A stretch of DNA of 64,000 bases, taken from positions 27,117,456-27,181,455 of the forward strand of contig JARDVH010000031.1 in NCBI GenBank assembly GCA_030324005.1, written 5' to 3'. The position numbers and the translations under genes were made by a program. This DNA comes from Negaprion brevirostris (lineage: Eukaryota). Positions 37,665 to 49,429 of this stretch are shown here, piece by piece (the first letter of the stretch is position 1; each line of letters opens with the position of its first letter). A model generated the notes under the pieces. It did no database searches. It had not been told where the DNA came from and worked only from the letters and a program-made list of their open reading frames with translations.

Positions 37665-37764
37665 NNNNNNNNNNNNNNNNNNNNNNNNNNNNNNNNNNNN
37701 NNNNNNNNNNNNNNNNNNNNNNNNNNNNNNNNNNNNNNNNNNNNNNNNNNNNNNNNNNNNNNNN

Positions 37765-38160
37765 TTTCCAATTCCCTACCATTAACTGAGTAAGTCCTGC
37801 TCTGGTTCAATCTATCAAAAAGCATCATCTCGCATTTATCTAAATTAAAATCCATCTGCCATTCGTTAGCCCACTGGCCCAATTGATCAAGATCCTGTTG
37901 CAATCAGAGATAACCTTCTTCACTGTCCACTTGGCCACCAATCTTGGTGTCATCTGCAAACTTACTAATCATGTCTCTTATAGTCTCATCCAAGTCATTA
38001 ATATAAATGACAAATAACAATAGACCCAGCTGTGATCCCTGAGGCATACTGCTGTTCACAGGCCTCCAGTTTGAAAAAGAACCCTCTACGACCACCCTTT
38101 GGCTTCTATCATCAAGCCAATTTTGTATCCATTTAGTTACCTCACTCTGGATCCATTGAG
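37765..38160 (-). mobile_element. CR1 LINE RT fragment
   Basis: PQGSQLGLLLFVIYINDLD..SKFADDTKIGG..LQQDLDQLGQWANEWQMDFNLDKC. Confidence 0.9.
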
Positions 38161-38221
38161 ATATGTTTCACTGCAGTTCTTTATTCTTTTTTAGTAGATT
38201 TATTAACATTTAAAGAACATT

Positions 38222-38465
38222 GGGGCACCACAGTGGCACGTTAATTAGCATNNNNNNNNNNNNNNNNNNNNNNNNNNNAGTTTGCACTTTCTCCCATGCC
38301 CACTTGGGATTCCTCCAGGTCTCCGGTTTCCTCCCACAGCCATGCTAAATTCTCCCTCTGTGTACCCGAAGAGGCGTCGGATGTGGCAACGAGGGAATTT
38401 TCACAGTAATTTTCATTGCAGTGTTATTGTAAGCGTATACGTGACATATGTAAGCATATTTATTT
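38222..38465 (+). mobile_element. HE1-type SINE, tail type B
   Basis: Head ggggcaccacagtggcac; tail tcacagtaattttcattgcagtgttattgtaagc. Confidence 0.75.
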
Positions 38466-39884
38466 TGAAAAATATTTCTGAATTAAAGCTCTTGGTACAG
38501 TTGCTGGTATGTCAGGTTATGCTGTAATCTAACCACATCAGTCACCGACCAAGTAGATCATAAATAAGATCATGCATCACAAGAGCTCCATCATTGAATC
38601 AGACAACTCTTCCATAGTAAAGGCATGATGGGTCTTACCCTTAAACAGCAAAAGCAACAACAATCACTCTCATTTCCATACAGGACAATTACACCTTGTC
38701 CAGATAATGATCAGAAGATGCAGTAGCTACTTCAATCTAAATGGTTATTCAGTCCACATTGATAGCATCGTGGAAAATAAATGGCTGTCTGCAAACTGCA
38801 CATCTATGATGGATATGATAGGCAGCCTCTAAGGTTGTCATTACAGATAAAATTGTATATTTTATGTCCCAGGGAATTTAAAAGTTGATTTCACCATTTT
38901 TGAGATTTATTTTGTTCACAATAACAGGCCTGTCATGTGGTTATATCATTATGTTATAAATTCTTGAGGGAGAAAAAATAACTTTTATCTCTGACAACTG
39001 CAACAAAGCAAGATAGAAGCAGCAGCCGTCCCTGACATATGTTTGATTGGAAAATGCCAAAGCAGTGAATAGAGACCAAATGTATGTGTATGAGGGCAGT
39101 GAAAGCAGNNNNNNNNNNNNNNNGGGGGGGGGGGGGGGGTGGTCTGGAGAGGGGGATGTATTTGTGCTGGTGGCAGCTTTGGGAATATGTTATTAGTTAG
39201 ATGCAATACTTACAAGTGGTAGTTCAGTTTAGGGCAAGATTGCTCAGCTAGGGAGGGGTTAAATGATTAGCCAGAATTTCAACAAATGATTGACGTCTGA
39301 TTATTTTTGTTGGAACGTGTGCATGTGTGGTTATTGATTCACACTCTCACATTAAATAGCGTGCAGGCAATAATCACCTATTCTCAGGTACGAAAAATAA
39401 CCCCTTGGAGTAATGCTGGAAACTTCCAAAATTCATTGAGCTTCCTTAGCACTTTGAGGGGAAAAGAGAGGAAAAATAAAACAAGTACCATATCCACTAT
39501 GAAATCTCCAACATTTTCAGTGAATTTTGAGCTATAATTTGATTTAGGAAATTAATTTAGTACCTGCAGAGTTCTGCATTATAAATATTGAACATTAAGT
39601 GTTTGTTTATAGTGCTTTACATACATTGAATGCTGAAAATAGCATTCAACTTAAAACATCAAGTGATCACTGAGTAATTAAATACCTTGCTGAGCAGTCA
39701 CAGTTCCGGAATTACAAAGGGAAGCTGTTCTTTGGAGGAGTTCTATGGCCTGTCCTGCTCGTAGAATTTTCCAGTCCCACCTAAGTCAATGGACGTTTGA
39801 GAAGCACACCACATCTTACGCTCCAGTTCCTAAACCAAGGGATTTGGAGAATGGGTGGGAGTAAAGGCAGATGGTCAGGTGTGC

Positions 39885-40670
39885 TAGTAAGTGCATCAGT
39901 AACAATTGTTGTACCTGGGACTATAAGCTTCATTAATCTATGAGGATCGTCCTTACCCACCCTTGAGTAGTTGTTCAATGCTATAATTTTTGCTCATGTC
40001 TAGCAGATTCTCCTGGAATAGAACTGGCGCAATCGTCAAATCAACAATTTTGTCTGCTAGCTCTGCGTTTGAAAAATCACAGTACATACCCTTTCCCTGC
40101 ATCTGCTGACAAAATGATTGATGGATTCTCAGTCTGTTGTGGAAATGACATGAACTCTCATCAGTAAATACAGATGTTCTACCTGATTCTAAAGCAGGGT
40201 GGCATGGTGGTGTAGTGGTTAACATTGCTGCCTCACAGTGCCAGGGAACTGGATTTGATTCCCAGCTTGGATTACTGTGCGGAGTCTGCACGTTCTCCTC
40301 ATGTCTGCGTGGGTTTCCTCCAGGTGTTCCGGTTTCCTCCCACAGTCCAAAAGACATGCTGGTGAGGAGCATTGGCCGTTTTAAATTCTCTCTCAGTGTA
40401 TCAGAACAGGCACCGTTTTCAGCATTACTCCAAGAGATCATTTTTCATGTGGCAAAAAGGGGATTTTCACAGTAACTTCATTGCAATGTTAAAGTAAACC
40501 TAACATTGTGACACTTAAGTATTCAATAAAGTCCATTTGGAGATTAGCTCTTAATTCTGATGAGCTCATGCCTAAATCAAGTTCTGTACACAGTTTAAAC
40601 ATTTTGAATTCTGATAGTAGGTTAGTCGCATTCCGATTCAAACTGGGAAATTTTGTGGATATTCTGACAA
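39885..40670 (-). mobile_element. Gypsy-type LTR retrotransposon gag remnant, interrupted by a SINE
   Basis: Minus strand KFPSLNRNATNLLSEFKMFK (gag N-terminus-like), then CDFSNAELADKIVDLTIA..FQENLLDMSKNYSIEQLLKGG; resembles recalled fish/shark Gypsy gag. Confidence 0.55.
40196..40533 (+). mobile_element. HE1-type SINE, tail type B
   Basis: gggtggcatggtggtgtagtggttaacattgctgcctcacag...cacagtaacttcattgcaatgttaaagtaaacc..gtgacact..aataaa. Confidence 0.88.
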
Positions 40671-43078
40671 TATTCCTTTGAGCTTCCTTCTTTGTAGTAA
40701 CTGGGATGAATGACACTGTTACTATTTTTATGCACTTTTCCAAAGTTCTGCTCACGAAGGTGGGTTGTGACAAGAACGCATCATGGAATATTGTGTTTTT
40801 GCTTTTTATTCAAGTTATTGTTCAGCAACTCCAGTTAAGTTCACGGAACACCCTGGTCCAACTTTTTTTTACAAAGCTTTTGTTTCTTTAAAATTTGATT
40901 CTCCCTCACTCACAATCGATCTGGCATCCACATGCTGGTCACTTGGCTTTCTCATCTGAGCTAATGCTGGTTCCCGCACGGTGCTCTGCCACTCACTGAA
41001 TTGGCAGAATATATGCTGCAATGTCACCACTTGGGATTCATCTGCTTACCAGCTCTTTACCTGAGCCCTAGCTTGGTATTGTGTCTCTAAAATTTTTTTA
41101 AATCACAGTTATCAGACTGCATTTTCAACACTTTCCAATGTTTAAACTTCGTTGCTATTTGATCAAAAGATCAAGGGGCTTTTCATGCCATGTCAAATGA
41201 TTCTAGGCTGTTCCCCATGCCTCATTATATTTCATAAGACTTCATAAGTCCAAAGATGTGCAGGTTAGGTTGATTGGCCATGCTAAGAAATTGCCCCTTT
41301 GTGTCCAGGGATGTGTAGGTTAGAGGGATTAGTGTACGGGATTAATGTAGGGACATGGGGGTAGGGCCTGGGTGGGATTGTGTTCGGTGCAGACTGCAGT
41401 GTAGGGTTCTATGGTTATGGTTCATCTTGCTGCCACTATCTTACCACCACTGGTCACCATTGTGTTATTATAATGAGATAATATCTTGGGATTTTTTTAC
41501 TGTACAGGACTCAAGGCACCAATTGCTCATCAGGAATTGGATAAACATGTGGGTTCATTTATTTAGACTGGGCACATGAGAACAGTTAGACATAGGTACA
41601 CAGCTTGAAGATTCCAGAGCTGTGAATGTGTGCTCNNNNNNNNNNNNNNNNNNNNNNNNNNNNNNNNNNNNNNNNNNNNNNNNNNTCAAGTGATGTCATG
41701 TTGATATCCCTTAAAGACATATCACAAAAGCCAACTAAACCTTCAACAAATTTCATCTGAAAAGGTAAGAGATTCAAAGCCAGCAATTCGAGGCTCAACA
41801 GCAACCAAATTTTCATGTCTTTTACCCACCATTTGGTGCATAATTATTAAAGGTACAAAATGGGGGCAGTGGATCGGTCACCATTATACACTCTACCTTT
41901 CAATTGATGAGCAGAAATGACTATTATTCAGCCATAATTCTTAAGAAGTTTCTTACTGTGCTTTTCCTACCTCACTCTTACAAAGTTGAATCAATTGTGC
42001 TGATCTGTTGTCTTGGTGTCAAATCATTCAAAAGGTACAGTTATTGAAAAGCCTTTTTTTCATTTTCTCTTTGCTTGATGGAAATTGAAATGTATTGAAT
42101 TTTTTTATTTCATGTTAACAGGTCCAAGATAATAAAATTGCACAATGTAACATTTTCCATTATTTGGACCTCTTTTCCCCCGCGGACTACGATGGAGAAT
42201 TGTGATGTATGCCAAGTACCTTCTTTTTAAAGGAAACATGATTAAATGTAACTATTTTTCAGCATGTTACCGTGGCTTTTTTAATGACATACAGCAGCAA
42301 ATGTATGTTTGGTTGATTATTTACACAATTAGCCTGTGGAAATTAAATCAGGTGACTGTATCTTATTAAATTATCATTGATCAGAGTGCATGGGTTGACA
42401 TTTGTTCCACTTACAATGGGAAGCTTAGAAATGTTTGCTTCATTTGGTGAAAGGTTGGCTGGAATGTTCCCACCCTGCCCACCATGGGAATTGTAGCGGG
42501 TGGAAATAAAATTCAGGGACAATTCAAAGGTCTGTTGACCTCAGGTGGGAATTTTGAGTCTTTGGGTGCATGTGGCCAGGAAATCTGTTATCTTTTGTTA
42601 TTCCACAATGTATTGAACAATGAGTCCACATTATAGTATTACACAGTTATTATACTACACTGGCACAATGCGTGCTAATGGATAGGAATTAAGGTTTGTT
42701 TTGGAACAGTTATTATTCCATCAGTTGATTCAAATGTGTCAATCACATGATTCCCATGTCGTTGTTCAGGCCACAAAAGAAACCGTGTAAGGAATAAACG
42801 CACAACATAGTTCAGTGATTCCTCCATAGGGATCAAACACATGTTTAATAATGGAACAATTATGGCTGTCTTGCTAAGTCTTTGTGCAATAGTTTAATGT
42901 TCAAAAGGACTGGTATTTATCATCTTCAGAGATTTTTTGATTCACAAAACATACATTTTCAGCAATTTGAGGAATTGAAAGTGGATTTGGATTGACAACT
43001 TATATAATGACAGTGCAAGTGGAAGTGATCACCAGCTTTTCCTTCCATGCAACTACACAAATGGTCCTTCAGCAATGC

Positions 43079-43640
43079 TGGGTGGCATAGTGGTGAGCAC
43101 TGCTGCCTCACAGCGCCAAAAAACCAGGTTCAATTCAAGCTTCAGGTGACTGTGTGGAGTTTGCACGTTCTCCCTGTGTCTGCGTGGGTTTCCTTCAAGT
43201 GCTCTGGATTCCACTCTCAGTCCAATGATAAGGAAAGAATTCCTATATTCAAGTTAGATCAATTGCCCATGTTAAATTGCTCCTTAGTGTCCATGGTTGT
43301 ATAAGCTGGGGGGATTAACTTGCTAAATGTGTGGGGTTATAGGGTAAGGTTGAGCCTGGGTAAGAAGCTCTGTTGCAGAGTTGATGCAGAATCGATAGGC
43401 TGAATGCATCTTACTGCACTGTAGAGATTCTATATCCTGGGCAGCATGGTGGCTCTGCTGCCTCACAGTGCCAGGGACCCAGGTTCGATTCCAGCTTTGG
43501 ATCACTGTCTACGTGAAGTTTGCACATTCTTATCAGAGTAAATACATGGGGTTACGGGGACAGGGCCTGGGTGCAATGGTCGTCAGTGCAGTTATGGGCG
43601 AAATGGCCTCGTTGTTCACTGTAGGGATTCTATGAATCTA
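43079..43640 (+). mobile_element. Two head-to-tail HE1-type SINEs, tail type A
   Basis: First copy 43079 to about 43435; second starts gggcagcatggtgg at about 43439 and ends gtagggattctatga. Confidence 0.8.
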
Positions 43641-43804
43641 CTAATACCCATTTCTCAAGAAATCTCTTGGGTTCCGAAATAAGCTTTCCTACATTCAAAG
43701 AACAATTACTGAAAAACAAACAGGAATTCTTAGTGATCTTTAGACAATATTGGATGTAGCAATAATTCCATTTTATGAACATAGAACTTAATTAAAATTT
43801 AATT

Positions 43805-43990
43805 TTGCCATAATCCCAGATGACCATAGGCAATGACTGATGGTGATTTAACCTGAGGATCAGCATACCTCAGGTGAGGGGTAAGGTTGAAAAGGCCGCA
43901 GCTTCCTGAATATCCTCAGCCAGTACAGAAATTGAATCCATGTTATTGGTGTCGCTAACCAGCTGTCCAGCCAACTGAGCTAAAGCGGTC
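43805..43990 (-). mobile_element. Second tRNA-derived SINE family
   Basis: Reverse-strand head ctttagctcagttggctggacagctggtt and tail cctatggtcatctgggattatggc. Confidence 0.6.
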
Positions 43991-44254
43991 TCGCACATAG
44001 AACATAGAACATAGACCATTACAGCGCAGAACAGGCCCTTCGGCCCACGATGTTGCGCCGACCAGTTAAAAAGNNNNNNNNNNNNNNNNNNNNNNNNNNN
44101 NNNNNNNNNNNNNNNNNNNNNNNNNNNNNNNNNNNNNNNNNNNNNNNNNNNNNNNNNNNNNNNNNNNNNNNNNGTCCTATAACTACCACATAGAACTATA
44201 AAATGGGAAGCTCATATTCTTAAGTATATAGACATCTTCTGTTGCCAGTAAGTT

Positions 44255-45145
44255 ACATAGAAACATAGAAACTAGAAGTAGGAGTTGGCCATTTGGCCCT
44301 TCAGTCTGCCCCTTCATTCATTTTGATCATAGCTGATCATCAAATTCAATATCCTGATCTCCTCCTTCCCCTATATCACCTGATCCCTTTAGACCCTAGA
44401 GCTACATTTAATTTCGTCTTGGCTTCAACTACATTCTGTGATAGTGAATTTCACACATTCACCACCCTCTGGGTGAAGAAATTTCTCCTCACCTCCCCCA
44501 CCATTGGCAGCATTCTTTCTGAATCTACTCTTTTTAAGTCAGTTAGAATTTTATAAGTTTTTATGAGATCCCCTCTCACTCTTCTAAACTTCAGTGAATA
44601 CAATCCTAACTGACTTAGTCTCTCCTCACATGACTGGCCTGCCATCCCAGGAATCAGCCTGGTAAACTTTTGCTGTACTCTCTCTATAACAAGGACATCC
44701 TTCCTCAAAAAAGGACACCAAAACCGCACACAATACTCCAGGTGTGGTCTTATACAACTGCAGCAAACCATCCCTTTCTCTTTACTCAAATCCTCTTGCT
44801 ATGAAAGCCAAAATACCATTTGCCTTTTTTACTGCCTGCTGTACTTGTGTGCTTACTTTCAGTGACTGATGAATGAGGACACCAAGGTCTCGCTGAGTAT
44901 CCACCTCTCTCAATTTACATCCATTCAAGTAATAATCTGTCTTCCCATTATTGCTCCAAAGTGGATAGCCTTACATTTATTCACATAATACTGATCTGCC
45001 ATACATATGGCCACACATTCAGCCTGTCCCCATCATGCTGAAACATCTCTGCATCCTGTCACAGCTCACCTTCCCATCCAAATTTGTATCATCTGCAAAC
45101 TTGGTGATAATACATTCAGTTCCCTCTTCCAGGTTATTAATATAA
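44255..45145 (-). mobile_element. CR1 LINE 3' portion
   Basis: IRPHLEYCVRFWCPFLRKDV..ERVQQKFTRLIPGMAG..CEERL..LGLYSL..RRVRGDLI. Confidence 0.9.
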
Positions 45146-45469
45146 CGTTAGACACCACTTTAGACTCAAAATACTGGTGCCTCATTGTATATATTTCTTT
45201 CTGTTCACCAGGTAGCTGGTAGATTGATACATTTTTACTTGGCACATGACTTCAATGCAACATTGAATATGGCACCTCAAGATACGTAATAGTTATCTCC
45301 CAGCTTTTCCTGAATAATTAAAAAAATCAATACAACTGTTCTGACAATTAGCTATTAATTTTATTTAGCTTAGAAAAAAAATCAGCTTTTATAATTAAAC
45401 TGGACACTTTAAGAATCTTTTATTTTCTCAGAAAAACATTATTATTTAAAAGATATTATATTGTGTCTC

Positions 45470-45950
45470 CATCTTGTAGATTTGGTATTCATCGCTGTCA
45501 ATAGTGCATTGACACACTGTATGGGTGATGCTGTGCACATTGCTCCTGGTGTTGTCAGAGTTAATCTTGATGTCGCTATTATTGTGTCCTTCATCGGTGA
45601 CATTGTACATGTTACGTTGCTTGTTAGTGATGCTGTTCTCTCACTGGTAAGTGATGATGCTGGTGTGTTGATGATCTTATCTGCTTTCCCAGCTCAGGTG
45701 TAGATTAAATATGTTCTCTCTCATTTGGTCACCAGTTTCAGTACCTTGGAATCTCAGCTTCAGCAAGAATTTTCTCTGGATTTCAGGTTTTCAAGATTGG
45801 ATCCTATACATATAGAATTGTCCTTTCAATAGTTGGGGCAGGTACTTAGCATACTTGTTGAAGTGTTTACCTCTTATCTGTACACCTAGTTGCCTTACTT
45901 CCTCCAGCCTCCTGGTCACTTGGAGGGAGTATCCTGCTCGATAGAGTTGG
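45470..45950 (-). mobile_element. Gypsy-type pol C-terminal (post-integrase) remnant
   Basis: Minus strand KHFNKYAKYLPQLLKGQ...DPILKT..KILAEAEIPR, like LPxLxxGQxVxxQDP..W.P..V....PRSY, followed by a T/S/D-rich tail. Confidence 0.55.
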
Positions 45951-46211
45951 ATCATAGAATCCCTAACCCCATGTATCTACTCTACTAATCCCCCTGTCAC
46001 TAATGATCAATTTAACATAGCCAATCAACCTAACTTGCACACTTTTGGATTAAACTTTGTCTTAAACTTTCTTCCATTCAACAACTGCTCAAGCAATTTC
46101 ACATCACTCTCAAGAGATGTGGAGCAGAGTGACAAAAAGGCAAGGTTTGGGTCTTCCTTTGTCACTTGGCATTTTGTGAGGCTTCTCTTGATGTCAGGGT
46201 GGGTCTATCTT

Positions 46212-46453
46212 TAAACCTTTTCCCCAGGGTAGGGGAGTCCAAAACTAGAGGGCATAGGTTTAAGGTGAGAGGGAAAAGATTTAAAAGGAACCTAAGGCGC
46301 AACTTTTTCACATAGTGGGTGGTGCGTATATGGAATGGTTTACCAGAGGAAGTGGTAGAGGTGGGTACAATTACAACATTTAAAATACATTTGGACAGGT
46401 ACATAAATAGGAAAGATTTAGAAGTTTATGGACCAAAGGGAAATGGAACTAGT
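46212..46453 (+). mobile_element. CR1 LINE 3' fragment
   Basis: LFPRVGESKTRGHRFKVRG..FK.NL..NFFT..VVRIWNGLPEEVVE. Confidence 0.88.
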
Positions 46454-48834
46454 NNNNNNNNNNNNNNNNNNNNNNNNNNNNNNNNNNNNNNNNNNNNNNN
46501 NNNNNNNNNNNNNNNNNNNNNNNNNNNNNNNNNNNNNNNNNNNNNNNNNNNNNNNNNNNNNNNNNNNNNNNNNNNNNNNNNNNNNNNNNNNNNNNNNNNN
46601 NNNNNNNNNNNNNNNNNNNNNNNNNNNNNNNNNNNNNNNNNNNNNNNNNNNNNNNNNNNNNNNNNNNNNNNNNNNNNNNNNNNNNNNNTTTAGCTCACAT
46701 CTGCATCATCTGACAGGAAGGTAGGCATAAAACTGAAAGCATTGGGGTGGGCTCCCTTAAAAATGAGAATGGGTTCACAAGTGATCCTGTATGTATTTCC
46801 ATTCCTGTGAACGAGCCCCTTTCCTTGAATGAATCCAAACCTGTCCCTGTGAAAGAATCCCAGTCTGTTTAATCTTTCATACCATGCTGAGGTGTAAATA
46901 ATACTGACTCAGATAAGTTCTGAAGGGCTACTAACCCAATTATTTGCCAGCCAGAGTCAGCAAAGGGAGGAATATGTGAAAAGATGAGATTTGGCAAATA
47001 AAACTTTAAAGACAGGAAAACTTCGCATTAGCAATGTTGCAAGACTTTTCTAATCACTAGCAGTCCCCTTTATAGCAATCTTTATGCTACAAACGCCTTG
47101 GGGAGATTCCACTCATCTTCTGCAAGAACATTGAAAATGATTAATAAAGAAGTAATTCCCCATTTATAAATGCAGGCAAATTCAAACCTCCTTTCTAATC
47201 TCATGCAATATTTAATCAAACTCAGTTGTATAGAAATGTTCATTCACTGAGCTTTTCCAATAGGATTTTCATTTGCAACTTTGGAAGAATGAGAAAACTT
47301 ATATTAATTTTGAGTGTCACATTATTTCCCAGAGACACAAGGAACAAATATTTCATTAAAATATATCCAGGCTGTGATATTTCCTGCAAGAAGCAGCAAG
47401 ACAAAGCATCTGACTTTAATTCAAATCATGTTTCACCAGACGCACCAGTTAAAAAAATCCAAATAACATGATAAAGTGTACTGCGTGATGATTTCCAGGC
47501 TTCCAGCCAGAACTAACAGCATTAAATCACAGAATGGTTGCAGCGCAGAGAGAGGCCATTCAGCCTATTGAGTCTACACCAGCTCTTTGAAGGAGCAACT
47601 AACCTAATGCCACTCCCTCACCTTCTTCCCATAGTCTGGACACTCTTTTCAAATTATTTTCCATTTCCATCATGCATGCCTTGGTTGATCTTACTTCTAC
47701 CATACTCTCAGGAAGGACATGCCAGATCCTAACCACTTGCTGTGTGGAAAAGGTCATCCTCATTGCTTCCATTGTTTATCTTAAATTTGTGCTCCCTTGT
47801 TCTCAACCCTTCCACCAAAGGGTGGAAGTTTTCTCCGATTTACTCTGTCCAAAATGTACATTCAGAACTACACACTCATCAGATTGGTTAAAGATAGGAT
47901 TAAACTCCTCCAATCAGTTCCATTGGATGGATTATTAATTAATGGATTATTGATTCTCCAGTACCACTGTTCACAGTGAGTAGAAAACAAAACTTTCCTA
48001 TTAGAACCGTTTAATGCGCAGTGTATTAACAGAGCCATTGATTCCCTGTGACAGAGATATTGGAGGCAGCACTGGGATGGGTGGGAGTTTTAAGATATGC
48101 GTGAGTAAGGGCAGGCACACCTTGTAGTTTAGCCTATCGGTATGATTTGGGGGCACTGATTGGACAACCCTGAGTTCAATCTTTCCAAAATTGCAGAGTA
48201 TTGGATTAGGTGAGAAAAGATGTGTGAGCATTGTCGGTTTCAGAAGTATGTTTTCAAGACTGAATTAAAGGCACTCTGGGCAATTTTAAAGTCCTGACAA
48301 GGATCGCACAGTCAGCTGGCGGGGCAAGGCCTAACCATGCTGGCTAAACTGGGATTCTGCGTTTGGAGCATCCTTTAAAAAGGTGCAAAGTGGCAGGAGT
48401 GTGTACTATTTGCCAAATACACTGTAGAAACTCAAGAACTCCTTTGACAGCAACTTTCAATCCTTCGACCTCTATCACTTAGGACAAGGCAGTCGATGCA
48501 TGGGTACATCACCATCTTCATGTTCTCCTCCAAGTCACCCACAGACCTGACTTGGAAATATATCACTGGTCCTTTACTGCCACTGGGTCAAAATTTCAGA
48601 ACTTCCTCCCTAACATCAAATGGACAGCAGTAATTCAAGAAAGCAACTCCCCATGATCTTCACCAGCATAATTAGGGATGGTCAAAGGTGGCCTTGCCAG
48701 CAACACTCACATGCCTTGAATGAATTAAAGAAATGCAAATTCTCTTCACGCAAATCTGAAGAGAGTATAACATGAGGTCAATGGATCATGCTGGCGTTTA
48801 TTGAATGTTGACACGCACTGATTTAGTATTAAAT

Positions 48835-49150
48835 CACCGCGGCACAGTGGCAACAGTGGTTGGCACTGCTGCCTTACAGCGCCTGGGACCCAGGTTTGAT
48901 TTTCAGCTTGGGTCACTGTCTGTGAGGAGTCTGCATGTTCTCCCCATGTCTGCATGAGTTTCCTCCCACAGTCCAAAAGACATACTGGTTAGGTGCATTG
49001 TCCATGCTAAATTCTCCCTCAGTGTATCCGAACAAGCACTGGAGTGTGGTGACTAAGGGGCGCCACACTTGAGTGTGGCGACAATAACTACATTGTAGTG
49101 TTAATGTAAGCCTACTTGTGACACTAATAAATAAACTTAACTTTTAAACT
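48835..49150 (+). mobile_element. HE1-type SINE, tail type B
   Basis: Complete tail gttaatgtaagcctacttgtgacactaataaataaactt. Confidence 0.88.
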
Positions 49151-49429
49151 TCTAGAACAAACCGAAGCAGGGTGTGATTCTATCCTACAGAGAGTCACAC
49201 TTCCTCAGTTTTATTGTTTTGCAGGATTCAGATTGGAACCTGATTCCAATGCTTAGATGACACTTTTCCACTGATGGAAATTTCAGATCACCAAGTGTCA
49301 ACATAGGATCTTGAAATTACAGCGTTCTTAATATCGAAAGTTGATCTTTTCCTATCCACCAAACCTTTACTATGTGACCATATCTATTAATCTTTACTTG
49401 AGGGAAATTCTACAGTGTCACAGGGAGCT

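Noticed and set aside
42122-42210. Acceptor plus VQDNKIAQCNIF resembling WDR60 VQDDTSNIY
   Set aside because: In-frame stop, no preceding WSPTRP, and out of order; a chance match.
45461-45703. Hydrophobic + strand ORF (also 3114-3386)
   Set aside because: Antisense of a Gypsy tail, or T-rich low-complexity sequence.
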